This document shows positions 24,159 to 34,758 of a DNA stretch of 64,000 bases, one piece after another. This DNA comes from an uncultured Deinococcaceae bacterium (GTDB taxonomy: Bacteria; Deinococcota; Deinococci; Deinococcales; Deinococcaceae), in contig CAXULY010000015.1 of the NCBI GenBank assembly GCA_964252075.1, forward strand, positions 49,957 through 113,956, given 5' to 3'. The translations under genes were made by a program, and so were the position numbers. The notes under the pieces were generated by a model. That model was not told where the DNA came from, searched no databases, and saw only the letters and a program-made list of their open reading frames with translations. Each line of letters begins with the position of its first letter. Position 1 is the first letter of the stretch.

Positions 24159-24653
24159 ATGGGCCGCGCCTTCGATTACACCCTGGATTACGCGCACCTC
24201 GACCTGCGCGCGCACCCGGAGCTGTACCGGGTGGGACGCGGGGAGCAGGGCGTGCTGCTCGTGCAGCCGTACAAGGCCGAGCTGCTGCCGCACTGGCGCT
24301 TCGCGACGCCCGACGCGGCGCGCGAGAGCAGCGAGCAGCTGTACGCGATGTTCCTGGCGTACCTGGACCGCCGGGATTTCGTGGGGGCCGACATGGCGCG
24401 CAAGTTCATTCAGATGGGGTACACGCGCTCGCGCCGCTACGCGAACCACCGGGGCGGCAAGAAGTACGAGGGGTCCGTCCCGGACGACCAGAAGGGCGTG
24501 AGCGGCGCGCACGGTCGCCCGGAGCGCCCGCGCGACCCGGAGGACCCCGTGAAGGCCGAGTCCGCCCGCATCTTCAAGGCGAAGTGGGACGAGGCGCGCG
24601 CGCACCCCGAGTACCAGCGGCAGCTCGCGGCGCACCGCGCGAAGTACGGCTGA
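24159..24653 (+). CDS. DUF4385-family protein
   Basis: YRVGRGEQGVLLVQPYK, HWRF, DFVGADMARKFIQMGYTRSRRYANH. Confidence 0.8.
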   Translation: MGRAFDYTLDYAHLDLRAHPELYRVGRGEQGVLLVQPYKAELLPHWRFATPDAARESSEQLYAMFLAYLDRRDFVGADMARKFIQMGYTRSRRYANHRGGKKYEGSVPDDQKGVSGAHGRPERPRDPEDPVKAESARIFKAKWDEARAHPEYQRQLAAHRAKYG

Positions 24654-24656
24654 CCG

Positions 24657-25172
24657 TCACGCGCGCGTGGCCCACAGCAGCAGGTCGCCGTGCTGCCTGC
24701 TGTGCCCCGTGCCGACCTGCTCGAAACCGCACTTCGTGAGCACGCGCGCGCTCGCGGGGTTCGTGACGGCGGTCTCGGCGGTGATGCGCCGCACGCCCGG
24801 CTGGGCGCGCAGCAGCGGCAGCAGCGCGCTCAGGGCCTCAGTGGCGAGGCCCTGGTTCCAGACGTCCGGGTTGAGGCCGTACCCGACCTCCCAGTCCCCG
24901 GCGGCGTCCGGGGTGCCCTTGACACCCATGGCGCCCACCGCCACGCGGTCCGCGCGGCGCACCAGCACCGCGTTCCAGGGCAGCGTGCGGCTCGTCCGCA
25001 CCAGCTCGGGGAACATGGGGAGCAGGCCGCCGGGCCATGCGGGTGGGAAGCGCACCCGCTGGGCGCCCTGCGGGGTGTCCACGCTCGCCTCGAAGTCGTC
25101 CTCGGTGACGCGCCGCCGCATCAGGTCCAGGGTCAAGTCGACCAGCCACAGGCGCTCCGTTTCGAGGTGCAT
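24657..25172 (-). CDS. GNAT acetyltransferase (RimJ/RimL-like)
   Basis: LETERL, EVGYGL, WNQGLATEA, NPASARVLTKCGF. Confidence 0.88.
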   Translation of the reverse strand: MHLETERLWLVDLTLDLMRRRVTEDDFEASVDTPQGAQRVRFPPAWPGGLLPMFPELVRTSRTLPWNAVLVRRADRVAVGAMGVKGTPDAAGDWEVGYGLNPDVWNQGLATEALSALLPLLRAQPGVRRITAETAVTNPASARVLTKCGFEQVGTGHSRQHGDLLLWATRA

Positions 25173-25309
25173 GGCGCCAGTGTACGGGGACGGGGCGCCG
25201 CGTCTTCTGGAAGGGTGAAGCTTTCTGGACAGCACGGTCCGCTGGGGCGCTTTCGCGTTAGAATCAGCTTCGACCCCGCCCGGCCTCCCTGGCCCACAAC
25301 CGACGTGTT

Positions 25310-25960
25310 ATGACCCAGAACCACCCCACCACCCTCATGCTGCTCGCCGATTACGTGCACCCCTTCGTGTACCGTGAGGGCTTCCCGCAGGGCGTGCCGC
25401 CGGTGGACCTGGTGCTCGTGGCGGGCGATGTGCCCGGGTATTACCTGGAGTTCGTGGCGACCAAGCTGACCGTGCCGGTGGTGTACGTGCCCGGCAACCA
25501 CGGCAACGAGTACGTGAACGAGGGTGACGGTCGGCGGGAGGCGCGCGGCGTCATTAACGCGCACGGCCGGATTGTGGAGGCGGCCGGGCTGCGCATCGCG
25601 GGGTGGGGCGGCGTGCCACGCTACCGGCAGGGTGGCGAGGGGCAGTTCAGTGAGTCGCAGGCGAACTGGGGCCTGACGAAGATGGCGTGGCGGCTGGGCC
25701 GCCGCCCGCTGGACGTGTTCCTCACGCACGCGCCGCCGGACGGCCCGCACGCCGGGCAGGACTTCGCGCACCGCGGCTGCCACGCCATCACGCACTTCAT
25801 GCAGCGCACCCGCCCGCCGCTGCTCGTGCACGGTCACATCCACGAGTACGAGGGCAAAAAAGTCGAGTACACCGACCCGCAGACCGGCACGCGCGTCATC
25901 AACGCCTACGGGTACCGCGTGATCACCGTGAACCAGGGCGTCCTGGCCGCGGCCGACTAG
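25310..25960 (+). CDS. Metallophosphoesterase (calcineurin-like)
   Basis: AD, AGD, VPGNH, THAPP, HGHIH. Confidence 0.9.
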   Translation: MTQNHPTTLMLLADYVHPFVYREGFPQGVPPVDLVLVAGDVPGYYLEFVATKLTVPVVYVPGNHGNEYVNEGDGRREARGVINAHGRIVEAAGLRIAGWGGVPRYRQGGEGQFSESQANWGLTKMAWRLGRRPLDVFLTHAPPDGPHAGQDFAHRGCHAITHFMQRTRPPLLVHGHIHEYEGKKVEYTDPQTGTRVINAYGYRVITVNQGVLAAAD

Positions 25961-26078
25961 GGGAACGCGAACCGGGCGCACGGCCCGACTCGGCGAAAGA
26001 CAGGGTAAGATCGCGGCGGAATGGGCGGCACGCATTCTGCCCCGCTCGATTCAATGTCTTCGGTGAAGGAGCACGACC

Positions 26079-26471
26079 ATGACTGACGCGCCCCGCTGGC
26101 CGCACGGCATCTACGCCATCACCCTGTTCGCGGAGGACCTGGAGGCCACCCGGCGCTTCTACCAGGAGGTCCTCGGCCTGCCCGTGGTGTTCGAGGACCC
26201 GAACTCCGCGGTGTTCCGCATCGGCGACACGCTCGTGAACCTGCTGCGCGGCACGGAGGCCGATACCCTCATCGCGCCCGCGCGGATGGCGGCGCGCGAC
26301 GCCGGAGCGCGCGCTGTGTTCACCCTGCAGGTTGACGATGTGGACGCCACCTGCGCGGACCTCACCGCGCGCGGCGCGACCCTGCTGAACGGCCCGATGG
26401 ATCGCCCGTGGGGCGTGCGCACCGCGAGCTTCCAGGACCCCGCCGGGCACATCTGGGAGATCGCGAAGTAA
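26079..26471 (+). CDS. VOC/glyoxalase family protein
   Basis: ITLFAEDLEATRRFY, PMDRPWGVRTASFQDPAGHIWEI. Confidence 0.9.
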   Translation: MTDAPRWPHGIYAITLFAEDLEATRRFYQEVLGLPVVFEDPNSAVFRIGDTLVNLLRGTEADTLIAPARMAARDAGARAVFTLQVDDVDATCADLTARGATLLNGPMDRPWGVRTASFQDPAGHIWEIAK

Positions 26472-26478
26472 CGCCGCC

Positions 26479-26961
26479 CTAGGTGGTGCTGGAGGCGCTG
26501 CCCGCGGCGGCCGCGACGCCCTCCGGGAAGTCGCGCGCCACACGCTCCAGGGTGCGGCGCGCGGTCTCGCGCAGCATCTTCTCGAAGGCCGCGCCGCCCC
26601 ACCGCTCCGCCTGAGGGAGGTCCAGGTGCGCGCGCAGCCGCAGCGCGTAATGCAGCGTCGCGTCCGCGCCCACCCGGCCGTCCCCGCCGACCTCCGCCCA
26701 CACGCGCGCCTCCAGCGGCAGGGGTTCCAGGCGCGCGCCCTCCGCGGTGGCCTGCACGCGGCTCGCGAAGGGCAGGCTCACCTCGCCCAGCATGGGCACG
26801 CTCACCAGCAACTCCGCGCGCACCACCTCGTCCTGCACGGTCAGGCCGCGCAGGAACCGCACGCGCGACAGGCTGCGCGCGGGGTCGCGCAGGAAGGCCC
26901 GCGCGGCGCTCGCCGGGCCGGGGTAGGGGAGACTGAAGTCCTGCGCGGCGTCCAGGATCAA
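26479..26961 (-). CDS. DUF3809-family protein (Deinococcus-Thermus)
   Basis: Recognised pattern FLRDPARSLSRVRFL...LPFAS...WGGAAFEKM; adjacent to a DUF3248-like gene. Confidence 0.65.
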   Translation of the reverse strand: MILDAAQDFSLPYPGPASAARAFLRDPARSLSRVRFLRGLTVQDEVVRAELLVSVPMLGEVSLPFASRVQATAEGARLEPLPLEARVWAEVGGDGRVGADATLHYALRLRAHLDLPQAERWGGAAFEKMLRETARRTLERVARDFPEGVAAAAGSASSTT

Positions 26962-27028
26962 GGGCCCACCACGCGCGCTGGGGCGCCCCTGCGTCGCCCC
27001 ACGCTCCGCCCAGCGGGTGGCGCGGCGG

Positions 27029-27256
27029 TCAGTCCACCCACTCGATCACCAGGGTGCCCGCTTCGACGGCCTCCTGCAACTCCGCATCGCTCGCGGAGCG
27101 CAGCTTCGGCAGGAACGCGAAGCGTGGTGCGGCGGAGGCATACCCCAGCCGCACCACCACGTCGTCGGACAGCTCGTTCTTGCCGATGCGCCACACGAGG
27201 TGGCCGCCCAGCGTCTCCAGCTGCGCGCTCAGTTCAGGCGGGAGGCTGCCGTTCAC
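27029..27256 (-). CDS. DUF3248-family protein (Deinococcus-Thermus)
   Basis: LGGHLVWRIGK...VVVRLGYASAAPRFAFLPKLR...IEWVD; TACAAT box upstream of the GTG. Confidence 0.7.
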   Translation of the reverse strand: MNGSLPPELSAQLETLGGHLVWRIGKNELSDDVVVRLGYASAAPRFAFLPKLRSASDAELQEAVEAGTLVIEWVD

Positions 27257-27321
27257 GCCCGCATTGTAGGCCATGAACGCGCCCCACCCCCCGCTGAACG
27301 GCGCGCTTTACCCCGCGCGCC

Positions 27322-28419
27322 TCACGCGAGGTCCGCTGCCAGCCACGCGGGGTGCGCCGCGAGCGGCGCGGGGCGCTCCACGCGGCTCTCGATGCCCACG
27401 CTGCGGCCCTCCTCGGCGGACGCCAGGGTGCTGATCATGACGTCCAGCACGTGGAAGGCCAGTTCGCCGCTGGCGCGCGCGGGCTCGCTGCCGTCCAGGC
27501 TGGCGAGCAGGTCCGCGAGGCCGATGCCGCGCGCGTTCTCCTGGAAGGGCCGGGTGAGGGTCACGGTCTCCCACTCCGCCGCGCCCTTGCGGCGCAGGCG
27601 CAGCGGGCCGCCGAAGGTGTTCGGGTCGGGCAGGCTCAGGGTGCCTTCCGTGCCGTAGATCTCGATGCGAGGCAGTTCGCTGGCGTGCACGTCGAAACTC
27701 GTGATGAGGGTCGCGTGCGGCCCGGACTCGAAGGCGAGCTGCGCGGTCACGTGCGTGGGGGTGTTCACGGGGATGCGCTCGCCGCGCCGCGACTCGTGGC
27801 CCGCGACGCGCTCCTCAAGCGCGCGGGTGGCGCTGCCGCTCACGGACCGCACGGGCCCCAGCATGTTCACGAGCGCCGTCAGGTAGTACGGCCCCATGTC
27901 GAAGAGCGGCCCGGCGCCCGGCTGGAAGAAGAACGCGGGGTTGGGGTGCCAGCCTTCCGGGCCGCCGCTCATCATGAAGGCCGTGGCGCCCACGGGCTGA
28001 CCGATGGCGCCCGAGTCCAGCACCTCGCGCGCCGTCTGCAGGCCCGCGCCGAGGAAGGTGTCGGGCGCGCAGCCGACCTTCAGGCCGCGCGTGGCGGCCT
28101 CCTGCAGGATCGCCTGCCCGTCCTCGCGGCGAATGGCGAGGGGCTTCTCGCTGTACACGTGCTTGCCCGCGCGCAGAATGGCCTGCGAGACGCTCGCGTG
28201 CGCAGCGGGCGGCGTGAGGTTCACGACGGCCTCCACCTCCGGGAGCGCCAGGAGTTCTTCCTGCGTGATGGCGCGCGTGCCGAACTCCTCGGCGCGCGCC
28301 TGCGCGCGGGCGGTGTCGAGGTCGCTCACGGCGGCCACCTGAAAGAGCTTGAGGTCGCGCGCGATGCGCAGGTACGCGGCGCTGATGTCGCCGCTGCCAA
28401 TGATGCCGATGGTGTGCAT
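27322..28419 (-). CDS. Gfo/Idh/MocA family oxidoreductase
   Basis: IGIIGSGDIS, GKHVYSEKP, APDTFLG, DMGPYY. Confidence 0.92.
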   Translation of the reverse strand: MHTIGIIGSGDISAAYLRIARDLKLFQVAAVSDLDTARAQARAEEFGTRAITQEELLALPEVEAVVNLTPPAAHASVSQAILRAGKHVYSEKPLAIRREDGQAILQEAATRGLKVGCAPDTFLGAGLQTAREVLDSGAIGQPVGATAFMMSGGPEGWHPNPAFFFQPGAGPLFDMGPYYLTALVNMLGPVRSVSGSATRALEERVAGHESRRGERIPVNTPTHVTAQLAFESGPHATLITSFDVHASELPRIEIYGTEGTLSLPDPNTFGGPLRLRRKGAAEWETVTLTRPFQENARGIGLADLLASLDGSEPARASGELAFHVLDVMISTLASAEEGRSVGIESRVERPAPLAAHPAWLAADLA

Positions 28420-28451
28420 GGGGTCTCCTCCTGCGGGGTGGTGGGTGGGGT

Positions 28452-29462
28452 TCAGCCGCCCGGTGGGGCGGTGGACTCGCGGACGATGAGTTCCGTGTCG
28501 TAGCGGCGGCGCGCGGGGAGGGCTGTGCCGGTCGCGGCGCGCACCAGCGCCTCCACGGCGTCCGCGCCGATCTGCCGCAGCGGCTGGCGCACGGTGGTGA
28601 GGCTGGGGCGCACGGCGGTTGCGATGGGCAGGTCGTCGAAGCCAATCACGGAGAGGTCGCGGGGCACCTGCAGGCCCAGGTCCAGCGCGGTGTGAATGGC
28701 GCCGATCGCCATGCCGTCACTCGCGGCGAAGATGGCGCTGGGCGCCTCCGGGCGCTGCAGCAGCGCGAGGGCCGCCGCGCGCCCGCTCTGCTCGGAGTAC
28801 GTGCCGCGCACCACGTCCTCGGGCCGCACCGTGAGGCCCGCCTCGCGCAGGGCGTCCCGGTAACCGCGCAGGCGCCGGGCGGCGTGATCGCGCCCGCGCT
28901 CGACGGGCCCCGCGATGTGCGCGATGCGGCGGTGCCCGAGGGAGAGCAGGTGGTCCATGGCGAGCCGCGCGCCGTGCGCGTGGTCCACCACGAGGCGATG
29001 CGCGCCGGGCCCGTCGATGCTCACCACGTGCTCCGGCAGGTCGGCGGGGTCCGCCCAGCCGGGCGAGGCGTCTGGCAAGACCAGCATCACGCCGTCCGCG
29101 AGGTGGCGCAGCAGCGAGCGCCGCGCGGGGTCCAGGCCGCGCCCGAGGGGCGCCGTAAACAGCGCGAGGCTGTACCCGAGGTGCTCGGCGGCGCGGCTCG
29201 CGCCGTGAATGACCTCGCCCACGTACGGCCACGTGAGGCTCGGCGCGATCACGCCGATGAGGCCGCGCGCGCCGCCCGCCAGGGCGCGCGCCAGGGGGTT
29301 CACGCGGTACCCGGTCTGCTGGATGGCCGCCTCGACGCGCGCGCGCGTGTCGGGCCGCACCCTCACCTTGCCGTTGATGACGTTCGAGACGGTCATCTTG
29401 CTGACGCCCGCCGCCTGGGCGACGTCGCTGATGGTGACGGTGGTGGGCGCATCGGGGGTCAT
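28452..29462 (-). CDS. LacI family transcriptional regulator
   Basis: [45 protein letters not shown]. Confidence 0.95.
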   Translation of the reverse strand: MTPDAPTTVTISDVAQAAGVSKMTVSNVINGKVRVRPDTRARVEAAIQQTGYRVNPLARALAGGARGLIGVIAPSLTWPYVGEVIHGASRAAEHLGYSLALFTAPLGRGLDPARRSLLRHLADGVMLVLPDASPGWADPADLPEHVVSIDGPGAHRLVVDHAHGARLAMDHLLSLGHRRIAHIAGPVERGRDHAARRLRGYRDALREAGLTVRPEDVVRGTYSEQSGRAAALALLQRPEAPSAIFAASDGMAIGAIHTALDLGLQVPRDLSVIGFDDLPIATAVRPSLTTVRQPLRQIGADAVEALVRAATGTALPARRRYDTELIVRESTAPPGG

Positions 29463-29486
29463 GGGTGTGGCTTCACAAGCAGGAAT

Positions 29487-29512
29487 TTTATCGGTACATT
29501 ATACCGGTACAA
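29487..29512. promoter_or_regulatory. Putative tandem LacI-family operators
   Basis: TTTATCGGTACAT / TATACCGGTACAA: two adjacent CG-centred quasi-palindromes between the divergent lacI and isomerase genes. Confidence 0.5.
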
Positions 29513-29572
29513 GACGGCTGTCAAACCACCCCGCACCCGCGGCGCCGCCGCACGCACCACCCTGGAGGGCTT

Positions 29573-30301
29573 ATGGCACAGGACATCGGCATTCAGCTCT
29601 ACACCCTGCGCGACGACCTCGGCCGGGACTTCTCCGGCACCCTCGACGCCCTGCAGGAGCTCGGCCTGCACAACCTGGAACTCGCCGGGCAGTACGGCGG
29701 CCTGGACGGCCAGGGCCTGCGCGCCGCCCTCGACGCGCGCGACATGCAGGCGCGCTCCGCGCACCTCCCCCTGCAACTCCTGGAGGACGACACCGCCGGG
29801 CAGGCGGCGTTCCTGCAGGCGCTCGGCGCGCGGCACGCCGTGTACCCCTACCACCAGGCCGACACCGAGGAGGCGTGGACAGAACTCGCGCAGCGCCTGG
29901 AGCGCCTCGCGCGCGCCCTCGCAGAGCACGGCATTACGCTCAGCTACCACAACCACGGGCATGAACTCAGCCAGACCTTCAGCGGGCGACCCGTGCTGGA
30001 CCTGCTGGCCGAGCAGGCGCCCAGCCTGAAGCTCGAACTGGACGTCGCGTGGATTCACGCGGGCGGCCAGGACCCCGTCGCGTACCTGCAGCGCTACGCG
30101 GACCGCACGCCGCTCGTGCACATCAAGGACGTGAGTCGCGACGGCGACGGCTGGCGCACCGTGGAGCTCGGGAAGGGCGAGGTGGACCTCCAGGCGGTCT
30201 TCGCGAACATCCCCGAGGGCGCCCTGCTGTTCTACGAGCAGGACCAGAGCGACGGCCTGTCCAGCGTGCGCGAGAGCATGGATTACCTGAACGCCCGCTG
30301 A
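29573..30301 (+). CDS. Sugar phosphate isomerase/epimerase (xylose-isomerase-like TIM barrel)
   Basis: GIQLYTLR, YHNHGHE, LELDVAW, HIKD, EQD; SD GGAGGG. Confidence 0.9.
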   Translation: MAQDIGIQLYTLRDDLGRDFSGTLDALQELGLHNLELAGQYGGLDGQGLRAALDARDMQARSAHLPLQLLEDDTAGQAAFLQALGARHAVYPYHQADTEEAWTELAQRLERLARALAEHGITLSYHNHGHELSQTFSGRPVLDLLAEQAPSLKLELDVAWIHAGGQDPVAYLQRYADRTPLVHIKDVSRDGDGWRTVELGKGEVDLQAVFANIPEGALLFYEQDQSDGLSSVRESMDYLNAR

Positions 30302-30350
30302 GGCGCGCGGCATGGGGGTGAGGGCCGCGTGGCCCTCGCCCCCGTTCCGT

Positions 30351-31358
30351 TCAACGCGCCACTGAACTCTCGCGCACCACCAGCGACACCGGCACGATCA
30401 CCTGCGTGGGCTCGGCGGGCCGCGCGAGCAGCGTGGTGAGGCCACGCCGCCCCAGTTCCTCCTTGTCCACCCGGATGGTGCTGAGCGGCGGGAAGGCCGC
30501 CGCCGCGCCCACGAGGTCATCGAAGCCCACCACCGCGAGGTCCTCCGGGACGCGCAGGCCCTCGGCGTGGCAGGCCCGCAGCACCTGCAGGGCCGTCGCG
30601 TCGTTGAAGGCGAACACCGCGTCGGGCGGCTCGGGCAGGCTCAGCAGGTGCCGCACGGCGGCCTGCGCGCCCTCCTCGGCGTCCACCGGGTCGCGCGCCA
30701 CCTCCAGTTCCGGGCGCAGCGGCAGGCCATAACTGAGGAGCGCGTGCCGGTAGCCCTGCGCGCGCTGCGTGATGCTGTAGTGCGTGGGTTGCCCACTCAC
30801 GAACGCGATGCGCCGCCGCCCCAGCTGAATGAGGTGCTCGGTCGCCAGGTATGCCCCGCCGAAGTTGTCGCTGTTCACGCAGCTGAGGCCCGGGTACCAG
30901 TGATCCACGATGACGGTGGGGAGGCCCAGGCGCAGCACGCCCCTGAAGTGCGCGGGGTCGAAGTACCCCACGCACACCAGTCCCTCGGCGCCCTGCCGCC
31001 CGATCAGCTCGGGAATGTCATCCACCGCGCCGATGCTGGAGAGCGACAGGGCGATCTTCTCGTCGCGGCAGGCTTCCTCCACGCCGTGCAGCACCTGCGA
31101 GTAGAAGGGGTTGCTGCTCAGGGTGTAGTGCTGGCGGTGGTACAGGAAACTCACGCGCTCGGGGCGCTCGGGGCGCCGGGGGCGGAGGTTGTTCAGGTCG
31201 TACCCGAGGGTGCGCGCAGCGTTCAGCACGCGTTCGCGCGTGACTTCCTTCATGCCGCCGCTCATGTTCAGCGACCGCGAGGCGGTGGCCACCGAGACGC
31301 CCGCGAGTCGCGCCACGTCGCGGATGGTGGGGGCAACCCCGGGCTTGCTGACCGTCAT
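30351..31358 (-). CDS. LacI family transcriptional regulator
   Basis: TIRDVARLAGVSVATASRSLN, NPFY, AVVGFDD, LSTIRVD. Confidence 0.95.
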   Translation of the reverse strand: MTVSKPGVAPTIRDVARLAGVSVATASRSLNMSGGMKEVTRERVLNAARTLGYDLNNLRPRRPERPERVSFLYHRQHYTLSSNPFYSQVLHGVEEACRDEKIALSLSSIGAVDDIPELIGRQGAEGLVCVGYFDPAHFRGVLRLGLPTVIVDHWYPGLSCVNSDNFGGAYLATEHLIQLGRRRIAFVSGQPTHYSITQRAQGYRHALLSYGLPLRPELEVARDPVDAEEGAQAAVRHLLSLPEPPDAVFAFNDATALQVLRACHAEGLRVPEDLAVVGFDDLVGAAAAFPPLSTIRVDKEELGRRGLTTLLARPAEPTQVIVPVSLVVRESSVAR

Positions 31359-31606
31359 ATGCCCCCACCATACCGCAGATTTGTTTCGTGAACACAGGTG
31401 GTGTCATCAGGCGGATTGTCAGGGGAGGTGAGCGCTGTTCACCGGCGTTTCTCAAATCTTTTGTGCTGTGTAGGCCGCTTTGGCGACTGAGAAGCACTGT
31501 GCGACCTCACCGCCATCCCTTGACATGTTACGAATCAAACGCGTAACGTACTGCTACGTTCACAAAACGAAGGGCGCCCCCGGGGCGCTGATGCCAGGAG
31601 GTCCGT

Positions 31607-32878
31607 ATGATGCACCGCCGACTTGCCCTCACCGCTGCCCTGACCATGACCCTCGGTTCCATGGCTGGAGCCGTCACGAACATCACCATCTGGTACCCGT
31701 GGGGACCGCCCGACGGGCAGGAAGTCGTGAACCGCGCCAACGAATTCAACGCCATGCAGAAAGACATCCACGTGAACCCCGTGCTGGTGTCCGGCAGCGG
31801 CATCCAGGGCACCACGCAGGGCAAATTCCTGACGGCCGTCACCAGCGGGCAGGTGCCGGACGCCGTGCTGTACTGGGGTCAGGACGTGATTCCCGGCCTG
31901 CAGAACGTCGGCGCGCTCCTGCCACTGGACTCGTACTTCAAGACGGCGGGCCTGAACCCCGCGACCTTCAATCAGACGGCCCTGAAGGCCATGCAGGTGG
32001 GCGGCCAGACCTACGGCGTCCCGCAGATGAGCAGCGACCTGATGCTGTACTACAACAAGGACATGTTCAAAGCGGCGGGCGTCAAGCCCCCCACCACCCT
32101 TGCGGAACTCGACGCCGCCGCCGAGAAACTCACGGTCCGCAAGGGCAACGAGATCACCCGCATGGGCTTCATTCCATGGTTGCAGCAGGGCACGCCGCTC
32201 CCGTGGACGGGCCTCTTCGGCGGGAAACTGGTGGACGCCAGCGGCAAGATCAACGTCGCGAACCCCGGCACCCTCGCCGCCCTGAACTGGGAGCAGGGCT
32301 ACGTCAAGAAGTACGGCGCGGCGAACCTCACGCGCTTCATCAGCTCCATCGGCTCCACCACCACCTCATCGGCGTCCGACCCCTTCCTGCTGGAGAAGGT
32401 CGCGATGGAGGTGAACGGGCAGTGGCACGGCAACTACCTCAAGCGCTACAAGCCCAGCCTGAATTACGGCGTGGTCGCCATTCCGGTGCCCAAGGGCGGG
32501 GTGAAGAACACCACCTGGATCAACTCGAACGCGTGGCTGGTCCCCAAGGGCTCCAGGAACCCCGAGGCCGCCCTGAAGTTCATCGCGTACACCAGTCAGG
32601 CCGCCGTGAGCGCCAGGCACGCGGACGCCGTGTACAACCTCTCACCCATCACGGCGGGCCTGAAACTCCAGAAGACCCTGAACGAACCCGTCGTGAAACT
32701 CGCCGCGTCCCTCTTCAACGGCAAGACCTTCACGTCGCCCGTCACGGTGCAGATCCTGAACCTGCAGACCGAACTGAACACCGCCTTCGAGGCCGTGCAG
32801 CAGGGCACCAAGACGCCGCAGGAGGCGCTCGCCAGCGCGCAGAAGAACCTCGATCAGGCCGTCGCGCAGGGCCGCTGA
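31607..32878 (+). CDS. Sugar ABC transporter substrate-binding protein
   Basis: Signal peptide, LYYNKDMFKAAG..PPTT, SD AGGAGG. Confidence 0.9.
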   Translation: MMHRRLALTAALTMTLGSMAGAVTNITIWYPWGPPDGQEVVNRANEFNAMQKDIHVNPVLVSGSGIQGTTQGKFLTAVTSGQVPDAVLYWGQDVIPGLQNVGALLPLDSYFKTAGLNPATFNQTALKAMQVGGQTYGVPQMSSDLMLYYNKDMFKAAGVKPPTTLAELDAAAEKLTVRKGNEITRMGFIPWLQQGTPLPWTGLFGGKLVDASGKINVANPGTLAALNWEQGYVKKYGAANLTRFISSIGSTTTSSASDPFLLEKVAMEVNGQWHGNYLKRYKPSLNYGVVAIPVPKGGVKNTTWINSNAWLVPKGSRNPEAALKFIAYTSQAAVSARHADAVYNLSPITAGLKLQKTLNEPVVKLAASLFNGKTFTSPVTVQILNLQTELNTAFEAVQQGTKTPQEALASAQKNLDQAVAQGR

Positions 32879-32945
32879 ACCACACGCCTGACACCCGCCG
32901 GGGGCAGGCGCGCCGCCCGCCCCCGCGCCCACCCGCGAGGTCCCC

Positions 32946-33881
32946 ATGTCGAGCATCACCTCCCACCCCCCCGTGCTGGACGCCCGAACGCGGCAGCGCC
33001 GGCGCTTCTGGCGCGGCCTGGGGGTCGGGCTGCTGTTCATCGCGCCCTGGCTGATCGGCTTCCTGTGCCTGACGCTCTACCCCTTCTTCTCGTCGCTGTA
33101 CTATTCCTTCACGCAGTACAACATCCTCTCCACGCCGAAATGGGTGGGCCTGCAGAACTACCACAACCTCCTCACGGACCCCAAATACCTCGCGAGCATC
33201 GGGAACACCGTGTACTACACGGTCATCGCGGTGCCCGTCGGCCTCGTGCTGGCCGTCGCACTCGCGCTGCTGTACAACCAGCGCGTGCCGGGCCGCCCGC
33301 TGTTCCGCACGCTCATGTACGTGCCGCTCATCGTGCCCGTGGTCGCCACGGCGCTGCTGTGGCAGTGGATTTTCAACCCGCAGGTGGGCCTCCTGAACGC
33401 CCTCCTCGCGGACTTCGGCATTCGCGGCCCCACCTGGCTCGGCGACCCCGCGTGGTCCAAGATCTCGCTCATCATCATGGCGCAGTGGGGCGTCGGCGGG
33501 AACGTGCTGCTGCTCCTCGCGGCCCTGCAGGACGTGCCCCGGCAGCTGTACGAGGCCGCCGAGATTGACGGCGCGAACCTCTGGCAGCGCTTCTGGCACG
33601 TGACCCTCCCGCAGATCTCCCCGGTGCTGCTGTTCGTGGGCCTCACCAGCGTCATCGGCGCGTTCCAGGTGTTCACGGAGGCCTTCGTGGTGTCCGGCGG
33701 CGAGGGCGGCCCCGTGAACAGCACGCTCTTCTACTCGCTGTACCTGTTCCAGCAGGCCTTCCGCTTCTTCAACATGGGGTACGCGTCCGCGATGGCGTGG
33801 CTGCTGTTCCTGGCGGTCCTGATCATCACGGTGATCCTGCTGCGCACGTCGAGGAGGTTCGTGTTCTATGACCGTGGTTGA
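32946..33881 (+). CDS. Sugar ABC transporter permease
   Basis: LYEAAEIDGA, HVTLPQISP, MGYASAMAW. Confidence 0.93.
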   Translation: MSSITSHPPVLDARTRQRRRFWRGLGVGLLFIAPWLIGFLCLTLYPFFSSLYYSFTQYNILSTPKWVGLQNYHNLLTDPKYLASIGNTVYYTVIAVPVGLVLAVALALLYNQRVPGRPLFRTLMYVPLIVPVVATALLWQWIFNPQVGLLNALLADFGIRGPTWLGDPAWSKISLIIMAQWGVGGNVLLLLAALQDVPRQLYEAAEIDGANLWQRFWHVTLPQISPVLLFVGLTSVIGAFQVFTEAFVVSGGEGGPVNSTLFYSLYLFQQAFRFFNMGYASAMAWLLFLAVLIITVILLRTSRRFVFYDRG

Positions 33882-34734
33882 TGCGCCCGCCGCGCCGAAA
33901 AGCGTGCGGCGCCAGCAGGCGGTGGGCCGCTGGGTGGCCTTCGTGGCGGTCGTGCTCGCCACGCTGTTCTTCGCCTTCCCGCTGTACTGGATGGTCGTCA
34001 CGGCCCTCAAGGGCGACGCGGAGATCTTCCAGAGCCCCCCCAGCCTCTTCCCGCACCAGGTGGTGTGGGACAACTTCCCGCGCGCGCTCGGGCAGATTCC
34101 CTTCCTGGCGTACGTGAAGAACAGCCTCGTGTACGCCATCGTGAGCGCCATCGGCGCCGCCGTGTCCGCGTCCATCGTCGCGTACGGCTTCGCGAAGGTG
34201 AAGTGGCCGGGCCGCGAGGTGGTGTTCTTCCTGGTGCTCATCACCATGCTGCTGCCCTTCCAGGTCACCATGATCCCCACGTACCTGATCTTCCGCTCCA
34301 TCGGCTGGACGGGCACGCTGCTGCCCCTGATCGTGCCCGCCTTCCTGGGAAACGCGTACTTCATCTTCCTGATGCGGCAGTTCATCCGCACCCTCCCCGA
34401 CGAACTCAGCGACTCCGCCCGCATCGACGGCTGCAACGAGTTCCGGGTGTTCTGGAGCATCATCTTGCCGCTCATCAAGCCCGCCCTCGCGGTGGTGTTC
34501 CTGAACCAGTTCCTCGGCGCGTGGAAGGACTTCCTGGGGCCCCTCCTGTACCTGAACGACCCCAGTCAGTACACACTGTCCCTGGGCCTCCAGCAGTTCC
34601 AGTCCGCGAACGGGCAGGAGTGGGCGCTCCTGATGGCCTGCGCGGTGGTGTTCACCATCCCGCTGTTCGTGCTGTTCTTCTTCACGCAGCGTTACTTCGT
34701 CGAGGGCGTCACCTTCACCGGCCTGAAAGGCTGA
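33868..34734 (+). CDS. Sugar ABC transporter permease
   Basis: FLMRQF, DSARIDG, WKDFLGPLLYL, QRYFVEG..TGLKG. Confidence 0.93.
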   Translation: MTVVDAPAAPKSVRRQQAVGRWVAFVAVVLATLFFAFPLYWMVVTALKGDAEIFQSPPSLFPHQVVWDNFPRALGQIPFLAYVKNSLVYAIVSAIGAAVSASIVAYGFAKVKWPGREVVFFLVLITMLLPFQVTMIPTYLIFRSIGWTGTLLPLIVPAFLGNAYFIFLMRQFIRTLPDELSDSARIDGCNEFRVFWSIILPLIKPALAVVFLNQFLGAWKDFLGPLLYLNDPSQYTLSLGLQQFQSANGQEWALLMACAVVFTIPLFVLFFFTQRYFVEGVTFTGLKG

Positions 34735-34758
34735 GTGCCCCGCCCCGGATTGGACCGC